Assembly (NCBI GenBank): GCA_964016885.1
Contig: OZ024743.1
Coordinates: 85,064,001 to 85,128,000, forward strand
DNA: 64,000 nucleotides
Source: Eledone cirrhosa
Lineage: Eukaryota
Reading direction: 5' to 3'
A program made the position numbers and the translations under genes. The notes beneath the pieces are model-generated. The model had not been told where the DNA came from. It worked only from the letters and a program-made list of their open reading frames with translations, and searched no databases. The first letter of the stretch is position 1, and each line of letters opens with the position of its first letter. Shown here in pieces: positions 12,752-24,320 of this stretch.

Positions 12752-12833
12752 TAACAGCATTGGGATTCAAACCCATCTCTCCAAAGAGACTGGTGCCTAA
12801 AACCAGCGCTTTAGACCATTCACCCACACTTTT
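12752..12833 (-). pseudogene. tRNA-Leu(TAG) pseudogene
   Basis: Minus strand: GTGTGGGTGAATGGTCTAAAGCG CTGGT TT TAG GC ACCAG TCTCTTTGGAGA GATGGGTTTGAATCCCAATGCTGTTA; intact anticodon arm and long variable arm, mutated T-loop and acceptor stem, T-run downstream. Confidence 0.8.
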
Positions 12834-13016
12834 AACAATGTTTCTTCATTGAAAATATTTCACTGCTAAGGCAATTAAAATTAGTTGACATTGGAAAATG
12901 TCGAGCGCGGTTCTGAGAAACTCTGCAGTCAAGGACAAGAGAACCTTTAAAATATATTCTAAATCTAGTAGGAACGGTACAATATGGGTGTATAGACAAC
13001 CACCGGTAACCCTAAA

Positions 13017-13098
13017 TGTCAGTGGTTGGATTCGAACCCACACCTCCTAAGAGACTGGTGCCTTAAACCAGCGCCTCAGACCGCTCGGCCACATAGCA
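13017..13098 (-). tRNA. tRNA-Leu(AAG), 5' acceptor strand disrupted (probable pseudogene)
   Basis: TGTGGCCGAGCGGTCTGAGGCG CTGGT TT AAG GC ACCAG TCTCTTAGGAGG TGTGGGTTCGAATCCAACCACTGACA; A and B boxes intact; the first 5 nt do not pair with the 3' end. Confidence 0.85.
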
Positions 13099-13340
13099 TT
13101 GGCATCCAGATATAGCATTGTGAACAGAAAATCAAGAATGGTACAGTACAGAACATAGGAGAGACACAAAGCTAGACACTGAGGAGGTCACACTATGTGT
13201 GACGAAAAAGCTTTGACAATCAGCAACTAAACAACCATCTGTTAAACAAATCTACAAGAGGTTTATAATAAACTGAAGTGAAAACTAACAAGTGCGTGTG
13301 TTTTTATCGGCAGCATGACCGCACAAGTAAAACAATATAT
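13094..13340 (+). mobile_element. Diverged PLE pseudo-LTR fragment with degenerate hammerhead
   Basis: CACTGAGGAGGTCACACTATGTGTGACGAAA ... GTGCGTGTGTTTTTATCGGCAGCATGACC matches the pLTR of the 23.9-28.7 kb element; ends in (TA)n. Confidence 0.8.
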
Positions 13341-13399
13341 ATATAGATATATATATAGAACTTTAATATATATATAACTTTAATATATATGTATAAGAA

Positions 13400-15720
13400 C
13401 TGTGAAATATTTAGTAGGAACGGTGCAACTTACTTACTAACCCTGGACGTGTTTAAATGCTTCATTTTCATGCAAGGGTTAACCGCAAAGAAAGATGTGG
13501 AAATTCGTACCAGAATTCTGACAAAATTAGAGCAGAATCAGAACTTAACATTACAGGAAATATCTGAGAAATGTCAGAGAATCATAAATCTGAGACACGA
13601 TACGAAAAGAATTGAAGAGAGAGACTGCTCTCATACAGTCTATGCGACCTAAAGTAAAAAAAAACAAAAAAATTAGTCCATGTTTTCGATGTGGAGGATT
13701 ACACTTTAGATACGATTGTCCTTTTAAAAACTTAAAGTGCTTCGAGTGTGGGAGAATAGGACATCAAAAATTACACTGCAAAACAAAACCAAGAAAAGGT
13801 TCAACACGAAAAATTATGTAAACAGGAAAAATGCGCGAGACTAAAAAAAAATTTGTGTATGTAAAAACTAACACCGTGAATGTTAAATTGCAGTCAGATA
13901 CAGGTAGAGACATTACTATAATCATTGAAGACTCGTGGAAAGCAACCGGGAAACCTACATTAGATAAAACATCGAAGATTGCACGTGGCGTCTCTGGGAA
14001 GAAATTATTTTTTTAAAGGCGAAATAGTAAGTAATGTTACATTTCGTGGCAAAACCGGAAAAGCTAAAGCTTATGTATTAAAAAGTACAACAAATATTTT
14101 CGGTACTGACTGGATGGAGCTGTTCCACTTATAGGATTTACCCATAAATATTTGTTTGTAAAAATGCAATAGGGTCACCCGCCAGTTCAAAGAAAGAGTC
14201 AGAAAAAAAAACGAAAAAAAAAACGAATTACAACCAAATCGAAAAAGAGACATTAGCATTAATTTTTGTGTGAAAAAATGTTACAAGTTTATTCAAGGAA
14301 GGAGTTTTTGTTTACACACTGACCACCTTTGTTGTCAATTTACAGATCAAAAAAGGGAATTCCCAGTCATACAGCAAATAGATTACAACGTTGGGACACC
14401 ATTTTATTAAATTATGATTTTAAGATGGAGTATCTACCATCCAAAAAATTAGGACACGCTGATGGTCTATCAAGATTGATATCTAAAAATAGTGAACCGT
14501 TTGAAGTCAAAGTGATCACGACATTAAGAGCTGAAACGGAAATAAAAAGTATATTGTGTAACGTAGTACGGGAATTACCTGTTGTTACCATAGAGGAATT
14601 AAAAGCGGAAGAAGACGTTTTTATTAAGAAAATGAAAAGATTAGTGAGAGTAGAAAAAAAAAAAATATGTGATGTGCAGAACGCAACCCAGATTCGAACT
14701 CGTACTCAATTTGTGACAATGTACTGATGTATGCACAAAGAGTAGTATTACCTGTTACACTACAAAAGCGAATATCAAAAGAATGTCACATTGGTCATCC
14801 GGGAGCATCGAGAATGAAAGCTCTTATGAGAAGTTATGTATACTGGCCCAAAATGGACCAAGAGATTGAAAAGTTGGTAAAATCATTCAGAGGTTGTGCT
14901 CTGGCAGCAAAATCGTTTACCACGAAATTTCAACCTTGGCCCAAGACCATTTCAACCATGGTCCAGACTACATATAGATTTCGTATGTCCACTAAACGGA
15001 TCACATTATCTTGGAGTGGTAGATAGCTTTACTAAGTGGCCTAAAATTTGTAAGTGTAAAAAACCAACCTCCTCGGTTACAGTAAGTTTATTACACGAAT
15101 TGTTTGTAAGATATGGTATTCCAGATACCATAGTTTCTGATAATGGGACACAATTCACTGCGTATGAATTTTAAAAAAAATTGTAAAATGTTCTCTATTG
15201 AACATGTTTCCACTCCACCGTATCATCCAAGGTCAAATGGACAAGCGGAACGTTTTGTGGATACATTCAAGAGGGCCTTAAAGAAAGCAAACAATGAAAT
15301 AGTAGATAATTTAACACTTCAACAAATCTTACAAGTATACCATGTAACGCCTAATACTAATACCCCTGCAGCCATGGCACCTGTGGAAATGATGTTCGCA
15401 AGGAAGATTAAGTCAGTGTTTGACAAATTGTTACCGAGACGAAAAAGAAAATATCTGATAACAAAAATGACATTTTTCAAAACTGGCGACAAAGTGTTTT
15501 TTAGAATGTATAAAAATGGTAAAGAAATGTGGGAAGACGCCATGATAAGTAAACAAATTGGAAAAATGTTGTATATGGTAAAAGGTCACAATTAGGAACA
15601 TAAATCAGTTTTTAAAAAAAGGTTTGCTGAAGAAAGGGCCACGAGAAATGAAGAACCAATGGAAGTGTTATATGATATTTTCGATGTGCCAACCTCCAAA
15701 GAAATCGTTGAACCTACTAC
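13400..15720 (+). pseudogene. Ty3/Gypsy gag-pol remnant (K02A2.6-like), RT deleted
   Basis: Two CCHC knuckles (CFRCGGLHFRYDC, CFECGRIGHQKLHC), degenerate protease (QSDTGRDIT), RNase H end (ANRLQRW, HADGLSR), integrase HHCC and core (HIGHPG, RLHIDF, VSDNGTQF, HPRSNGQAERFV); many frameshifts. Confidence 0.9.
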
Positions 15721-15794
15721 ACGGATGAGTACAAGCGAAGGGAAACGTACAGAATTATTAGGAAGTGGAACCAAAACGTCAAAAATATTCAACT

Positions 15795-16165
15795 CCAGTC
15801 TTTCCGCCCCTTTTTTCTACAAAGCTAGTCATTTTCAACAGGTTTCAAAGTCATATTCATTGATAAGGCAACCAATATGATTGACTGACTTGTCATTTTA
15901 TCAGTCAACACTATTGGGTATATATTCTCTAAATACTTTGTTATAAACATAATATATACACTATTCTCTATATGTGAAAAAATAGTCAATTGAGAGCACC
16001 TTGGAGGTCAGATTGGGTGGTAAGCACACACACACACCTTTTCAAAACAGAAATCTTGGTGCTCTATAAATTTACCGGGGTGTAGTATAATCTGGTTTGG
16101 TGTAGTGTAGGTTAGTGTGTTGTGGTGTCCTGTATCATTGTGTTGTGTGGTATAGTGTGACTCTC
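15795..16165. repeat. Single unit of the complex satellite found at 43.5-45.8 kb
   Basis: Shares TTTTCTACAAAGCTAGTCATTTTCAACAGGTTTCAAA and GAGAGCACCTTGGAGGTCAGATTGGGTGGTAAGCAC with the 43.5-45.8 kb units. Confidence 0.8.
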
Positions 16166-16169
16166 TCTA

Positions 16170-17228
16170 ACTTAAAAAAATGACCTCAAAGATGATTGTA
16201 GTCGACTTTTTTTCCTGGATTAGTGTTAGATTTAAGGTTAGTGTTAGGGTAAGTTTTACTGTTAATGTTAAGTTTATTGTTAGTGGTAGTGTTATTGTTA
16301 GCGTTTGCGACTGTGTCTGCATTAGCGTTTGCGTCAGTGTTAGAGTTTGCATTAGCGTTAGCATTTGTGTTAGCGTCTGCCTTAGCGACAGACGTTTGCG
16401 TTAGCCTTAGCGCCTGCGTTAGCATTTGTGTTAGCGTCTGCCTTAGCGACAGACGTTTGCGTTAGCCTTAGCGCCTGCGTTAGCATTTGTGTTTGCGTCA
16501 GCGTTAGCGTCTCCGTTAGCGGTAGTGTCAGCATTAGCGTCAGCGTTTGTGTTAGCCTTAGCGTTTACGAGTGTTAGTGTTTGTGTTAGTGAGTGTCAGT
16601 GTTTGTGTTAATATTTGTGTTAGTGCTAGTGTTCAGGTTAGTATTAGAATTAGTCTGTTTTAGTGTTGGTATTTCCGTTAGTGTTTGTTTTAGTGTTTCC
16701 GTTAGTGTTTGTTTTAGTGTTAGTGTTTGTTTTAGTGTTAGTGTTTATTTTAGTGTTAGTATTTATTTTAGTGTTAGTGTTTGTTTTAGTGTTAGTGTTA
16801 GTGTTTATTTTAGTGTTAGTGTTTGTGTTAGTGTTAGTGTTTATTTTAGTGTTAGTGTTTGTTTTAGTGTTAGTGTTAGAGTTTCCATTAGTGTTAGTAT
16901 TTATGTTAGTGTTAGTGTTCAGGTTAGTATTTGCATTGATGTGAGTGTTTCCGTTAATATTAGTGTTAGGGTTCACGTCAGTGTTTGTATTTGTGTTGGT
17001 GTTTATGGTAATTTTAATGCTAGTGTTCAGATTAGTTTTAGTGTTAGTTTTAGAGATAGTTTTCAGATTAGTGTTTGTGTTAGTTTTCATGTTAGTGTTA
17101 GTGTAAAGTTAACTGTTAAGGTATGTGTTAGTGTAAGTGTTAGGGCCAGAATTATTTTTAGGGCTCGGTTTTAGTTTACAGTTAGGTTTCTGCTTTCCAG
17201 GTGAAAAAGTTGATTATCTCTAATTTAA
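16170..17228. mobile_element. Element with subterminal inverted repeats and internal (GTTAGT/GTTAGC)n array, short copy
   Basis: GTCGACTTTTTTTCCTGGA (~16201) and TCCAGGTGAAAAAGTTGAT (~17196) are inverted; both ends are homologous to 45837-49237. Confidence 0.6.
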
Positions 17229-17424
17229 GTGGTGTGGTATAGTGTGGTGTGGTGTTGTATAGTGCGTCATAGCGTTGTGCTGTGTAGTGTATTGTGGTAT
17301 AGTATAGTGTTTCATAGTGTTGTGTGGTGTCATATATTGTTGTATAGTGTAGAATGGTATATTGTTTCATAGTGTGGCACATGCAAATAACAAAGCCATA
17401 GGATTTTTTGATGCCACGACACTC

Positions 17425-19340
17425 CACAAAGAAATGGTGACCATATGTTAAAGTTTAATGCCAAACATATGCCCAAGAGGAGGCGGGCAGCCATTGGTAT
17501 TAGTATTGCAGGTGACATAGCTAACCTCTTTATAGTACGGTGGGACAGAAGACTTAAGGAACAATTAGACGTCAGTTTTATAACGCTGACTATGTACTCC
17601 CACTACGTAGATGACATAAATATCGTAGTGAAAACACCCCACAAGGGAACAGTCAGGAATTAAAGAAGAACACTATGGAAAGTATCCAACAAATAGCTAA
17701 CTCCATTCACTAGAATATTAAAGTTACTATAGACTACCCAAATAAACACCCCAACCATAGATTGCCTGTACTAGACACAGAACTCTTAATAATAGAACAC
17801 AAATCCGCCATTCACATTATGCCAAACCTATAACCTCCAAGTACCTGATCCATCGAAACTCAGCTGTTTCGGATATGAAAATCAACATACTGATTGCGGA
17901 TTTAGTAAGAGTGATGAGGAACGTGTCCCACATGGGCAATCCTAAAGAATAGATACATACAATACTTCATCCACCGCATACAGTTCTCTGGCTACAATCA
18001 GAGACAAGATCAGGGTATATAAAAGAGTCAGAACGAAATGGGTAAAGATTGTAGAAAATGATGCAAATGGGACTTGCCCCATGTATAGGAAAAGAAAGCA
18101 GATTATAGTACGGGACACTCAGTCAAAAGCTTTCTCTGGGTCTACAAATGCCAGATAGAGCAGCTTACTTTTAGCTAGGTACTTTTCCTGTAACTACCTC
18201 ACAAGGAAGAGAGCATCAGTGGTGCTTTTGCCTGGCACAAACCCAAACTGCATCTCATCTAGATTTACCCTGTCCCTAATCAGCTGTGCTATAACTCTTT
18301 CAGTTACTTTCATGACCTGGTCCATCAGCTTTATACCTCTATAGTTTCCTCTATCTAGTGCATGTATAAGACCAAATTTTGAAATAAGATAGAAAGGATT
18401 AAGAAAAACACAAATAGATTCAACTCATGTTATGCTAGCAATAAATACCAGATTGCAATGTTCGTCAATGCATCCCCCAGAGGGGAACTAAAATTAAATA
18501 TTAAGATAGTTGTAAGACCAGATATCCCCATAAAAACCCTAATTAGTAAAACATCCATTTCAAAGAACCCCTTCACTGATAGGAAATAAATAGTCTGCAA
18601 GCTAAGCCCACAAACTAACTGCAAAACTAGAAATGTAGTATATAGCATAAGATATATTGAGTGACAGTAGGAACAAGAACATAACATACGTAGGTGACAC
18701 AGCCCATATCATAGGAGAAAGGATAAGTGAACACTGGTGAAAAACTGCAAGATGGGAAAAACTCATCAGTACTCTACCAACATATCAAAATAGAACATAG
18801 ACACATTAGAGAACAGAGATAAAAATGATATCCACACACAGAAAAGAAGCAATGCTCAGACAAATTACAGAGGTGACAAACAAACAAACTCCAACCAAAA
18901 TTAAACAGAAAACATGAGTGGAATAGCAACATCGCAACTAGTAATTAAGGACAAAATGAAAACATACAGACACACACAAAAACCAAACTAATAAAACAAA
19001 CCAGACACACACAGATAGGACAAACAATCTACTAGTGACAAGTAAATAAACACATAAAAAAATAAATAAAAAGACACACACCTGGATGTAATGCATGCAC
19101 AAATCAAGCACACAACACACAAAAGCAAGATGGTGTAGAACAGAACAAAGAAGAGGCACAAAATAAAAACCCAGTCACTGAGGAGGTCACCGAATGTATG
19201 ACGAAAGCTTTGGAAATATATAAACAACCATCTGGTTATCGAACCAACCAACTGGAAATTTATAATAAATTGAAGTGTAAAGCAACAGGTGTGTGTGTGT
19301 TTTTATTGGCAGCATGACCCTCCCAAAGTATAACAATATA
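17425..19340 (+). mobile_element. Degenerate 5'-truncated Penelope-like element related to the intact one
   Basis: AAIGISIAGDIANLF and YSHYVDDINIVVK (RT), LPVLDTEL, CKTRNVVYSIR...YVGDT (GIY-YIG), pLTR with HHR core at ~19173-19215; many stops and frameshifts. Confidence 0.9.
18090..18360 (-). mobile_element. RTE LINE RT fragment inserted in the degenerate PLE
   Basis: Minus strand encodes NYRGIKLMDQVMKV...[17 protein letters not shown]...DPEKAFD; flanked by CATGTATAGGA / CATGTATAAGA duplication (18080, 18361). Confidence 0.85.
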
Positions 19341-19345
19341 TATAT

Positions 19346-19439
19346 ATCATCATCATCATCATCATCGTTTTACGTCCGTTCTTCCATGCTAGCATGGGTT
19401 AGACAGATTCCCCTGTTGTTGGTAGCCATGTGCCTCCAT
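19346..19439 (-). mobile_element. Internally deleted SINE (head fused to RTE-type tail)
   Basis: Minus strand TGGAGGCACATGGCT (same as SINE start at 51219) joined to AACCCATGCTAGCATGGAAGAACGGACGTAAAACGATGATG. Confidence 0.65.
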
Positions 19440-19444
19440 ATACA

Positions 19445-19476
<32 letters not shown>

Positions 19477-19911
19477 CATATATACATATACATATACACA
19501 TATATATATACACATATATATATACATATATACATATACATATGCACACATATATATACACACATATATATACACACATATATATACACATACACATATA
19601 TATATACACATACACATATATATATATACACATATACATATATATATACACATATATATACATATATATACATATATATATATATACATACACATATACA
19701 CATATATATACATATATATATACATACACATATATATATACACATATATATACACACATATATATACACACATATATATATACACATATATACACACATA
19801 TATATATACATATATATATATACATATGTATGTATATATATATATGTATATATATATGTATATATATATGTATATATATGTATGTATATATATATGTATA
19901 TATATATATTT

Positions 19912-20133
19912 TTTTTATAGGAACGATCGACTTTCGTCAAATCGGACCGAGGGAACAATGTTTCCATTGGTCTTTCCAATTGCTAATACTATCTATCGCA
20001 ACTCAAGGTACAAGGAGCAACGTGAAATAAAGTGTCTTGATTAAGGACATAACGCATCGCCCGGTCCAGGAATCGAACTCATAACCTTACGATTGCGAAT
20101 CCAATTCTCTAACCACTCCGCCACACGCCTTCA
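19912..20133 (-). mobile_element. tRNA-derived SINE
   Basis: A box TGGCGGAGTGG and B box GAGTTCGATTCC, then a body similar to the SINE at 51219 (CACTTTATTTCACGTTGCTCC); A-rich end. Confidence 0.8.
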
Positions 20134-20273
20134 TATGTATATATATGTATATATATATATGTATATGTATATATATGTATATATATGTATATATGTATAT
20201 ATATGTATATATGTATATATATGTATATATGTATATATATGTATATATTATATATATATAGATGTATATATAT

Positions 20274-21235
20274 CATAAATCATGTCCTTAGAATTATTAG
20301 ATAAAATATATACTATTTCCTCTTCCAATTAGCATAATTAACCATATAAAAAATCAATTAGACCAAGCTATAAGAAGAAAGGCTCTTATGAAGAAATCTC
20401 CGGCAAATAACCGAAAGTGGCCTCTTCGCGGTGGCCCCAATAGAGTATTTATCCAACATTTCTACAGCATGTAGAAACTGACTAAATATACCATCAACCA
20501 TACACAATTAGATGTAAAATTAAACTTAGAAGAAATGTGTACATACCGTAATTATATCTCTACCATGGTTTCATCCGTATTTTTAGACATCCAATTAATA
20601 GGAATGTCTTGAGTTAGGATTCATCAGGAGACAAACTCAAAATCAGACATTTAGTTTTCCAACTTGATCGCGCCAAAATTAGATTTAAAAATGGCTAAGA
20701 ATCGCTATGTGGCTGTGGTCAAGCTAGAAAGAATGTGATTGGTTGCTTACGGCGGGTAGGCTTGTTGCTAGAAAGCGCAGCTAAATATCGCCAAATTGAA
20801 TCTCAACCTAACGGGAGATTATTAAATATAAAGGTTTACATATACATAAAGTTATAGATATATATGCTGCAACCGGTCACTTTTAAGCTCTATGAAGAAT
20901 TAATAAATTAAATAATCAGAGCAATATATCATAAATCATGTCCTTAGAATTATTAGATAAAATATATACCATTTCCTCTTCCAATTAGCATAATTAACCA
21001 TATAAAAAATCAATTAGACCAAGCTATAAGAAGAAAGGCTCTTATGAAGAAATCTCCGACAAATAACCGAAAGTGGCCTCTTCACGGTGGCCCCAATAGA
21101 GTATTTATCCAACATTTCGATAGCATGGAGAAATTGACTAAATATACCATCAACCATACACAATTAGGTGTAAAATTAAACTTAGAAGAAATGTGTACAT
21201 ACCGTAATTATATCTCTACCATGGTTTCATCCGTA
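20274..21235 (-). mobile_element. Non-coding 656-bp tandem unit carrying a hammerhead ribozyme (retrozyme-like, family D), ~1.5 units
   Basis: 20274-20579 repeats at 20930-21235 (period 656); HHR at 20556-20632; bounded by (TA)n; no recognisable protein motif. Confidence 0.8.
20556..20632 (-). ncRNA. Type I hammerhead ribozyme (family D)
   Basis: GUCUC CUGAUGA AUCC-[extended stem II with AGACAUUCC/GGAUGUCU]-GGAU GAAA CCAUGG UA|GAGAU; full core, palindromic stem III ACCAUGGU. Confidence 0.85.
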
Positions 21236-21365
21236 TATGTATATATATGTATATATGTATATATATGTATATATATATATATGTATATATATGTATATAT
21301 ATATGTATATATATGTATATATATATATATATGTATATATATGTATATATATATGTATATATATG

Positions 21366-21396
<31 letters not shown>

Positions 21397-21673
21397 GTAT
21401 ATGTATATATATGTATATATATGTATATATGTATATATATGTATATATATATATATATGTATATGTATATATATGTATATGTATATATATGTATATATAT
21501 ATATGTATATATATATATATGTATATGTATATATATGTATATGTATATATATGTATATATATATATGTATATATATGTATATATATGTATATATATATAT
21601 GTATATATATGTATATATATATATATGTATATATATGTATATATATATATGTATATATATGTATATATATATA

Positions 21674-21720
<47 letters not shown>

Positions 21721-21762
21721 GTATATATATGTATATATATATATGTATATGTATATATATGT

Positions 21763-22648
<886 letters not shown>

Positions 22649-22981
22649 TATATATGTATATGTATATATATGTATATGTATATATATGTATATGTATATA
22701 TATGTATATATATATATATATGTATATGTATATATATGTATATGTATATATATATATGTATATGTATATATATGTATATATATGTATATGTATATATATG
22801 TATATGTATATATATGTATATGTATATATATGTATATATATATATGTATATATATGTATATATATATATATATGTATAGGTATATATATGTATATGTATA
22901 TATATGTATATGTATATATATGTATATATACGTATATGTATATATATGTATATATATATATATGTATATGTATATACATAT

Positions 22982-23382
22982 ATGACCCCTTACCCTTTGT
23001 GAAGGCAGAATTCTAGGAGAAGGAAAACTCTGATATAACACCTGCAACCCTGATGGTATCCAATGATGTTGACTTGTTCTTCTTTTTGGTAAATATCATC
23101 TTGGTTAAGAGAGTGGGACTGGCTTTGTGCAGTGCCTTTGCTCACTATAAAAGCTTCACGGCACAGGCATTGCTTTATATCTGGAGATCTCTCTGCACTT
23201 GTCGTCACATGGTACCATGGGCCCAGCACTATGTGTCAATAATTGTCACAAGTGTAGTGTTTGTACCAGAGTTTTCAAGTCACTGGCTGGACTGGGAAGT
23301 CACACTCGTTCAGCGCATCGGTAGGGGTTCTCCTACATGGATATAAAGTAGTGGCCGTACTCGAAAACGAGTTGGCAGCCAC
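22982..23382 (+). mobile_element. 5'-truncated copy of ~610-bp bipartite RTE-derived non-autonomous element
   Basis: Near-identical to the 3' two-thirds of 32447-33056; encodes [25 protein letters not shown]. Confidence 0.8.
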
Positions 23383-23405
23383 GATATGTATATATATGTA
23401 TATGT

Positions 23406-23451
<46 letters not shown>

Positions 23452-23468
23452 GTATATGTATATATATG

Positions 23469-23523
<55 letters not shown>

Positions 23524-23612
23524 GTATATATATATATGTATATATATGTATATATGAATATATATATATGTATATGTATATATATGTATATGTATATATA
23601 TGTATATGTATA

Positions 23613-23650
<38 letters not shown>

Positions 23651-23704
23651 TATACATATACATATATATACATATATATACATATACATATATATACATA
23701 TACA

Positions 23705-23739
<35 letters not shown>

Positions 23740-24075
23740 GTATATGTATATATATGTATATGTATATATATGTATATATATGTATATATATGTATATGTA
23801 TATATATATAGATGTATATGTATATGTATATATATATATATATAGATGTATATGTATATATATATATATGTATATAGATGTATATGTATATATATATATA
23901 TGTATATGATGTATATGTATATATATGTATATATATATATGTATATTGTTATACTTTGGGAGGGTCATGTTGCCAATAAGAAACACACGCACCAGTTGCT
24001 TTCACTTCAATTTATTATAATAAATTTATAAATTTCTGGTTGGTTGGTTCCACAACCAGATAGTTGTTTATATAT

Positions 24076-24120
24076 AGTCATAGTTCTTTCGTCACACACT
24101 CTGTGACCTCTTCAGTGACT
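24076..24120 (-). ncRNA. Minimal type I hammerhead in PLE 3' pLTR (family A)
   Basis: AGUCA CUGAAGA G GUCAC AGAGUGU GUGAC GAAA GAAC UA|UGACU. Confidence 0.85.
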
Positions 24121-24320
24121 GGGGATTCCTTTCTTTGTTTCTGTGCCTCTCCTTTGTTCTGTCCTACGCCATTTTGTTTCTGTGTGTGTGTTGTGTGCTC
24201 AGTCTGCGCATGCGCCACATCCGGGTGTCTGTGTGTGTTTATGTTCATTTATTTATTTGTTTATTTACATGTTACTGGTTGGTTGTTTGTTCTATGTGTG
24301 TGTGTGTTTTCATTTTGTCC

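Noticed and set aside
13172-13220. Functional hammerhead at 13.2 kb (and at 19.2 kb)
   Set aside because: Core and stem II are recognisable but stem I and the cleavage region are mutated; treated as relics.
16593-17174. Val/Ser or Thr/Asn-rich ORFs
   Set aside because: Translation of the hexamer array.
21044-21235. Repeated [11 protein letters not shown]... peptide (also at 32120)
   Set aside because: Antisense to the ribozyme strand of family D, no motif, runs into microsatellite, and is interrupted by a stop in the 20.4-kb copy.
23053-23346. [11 protein letters not shown]... ORF in three copies as a small membrane protein
   Set aside because: Part of a mobile repeat; stop positions differ among copies and the meaningful remnant is the C2H2 finger in another frame.
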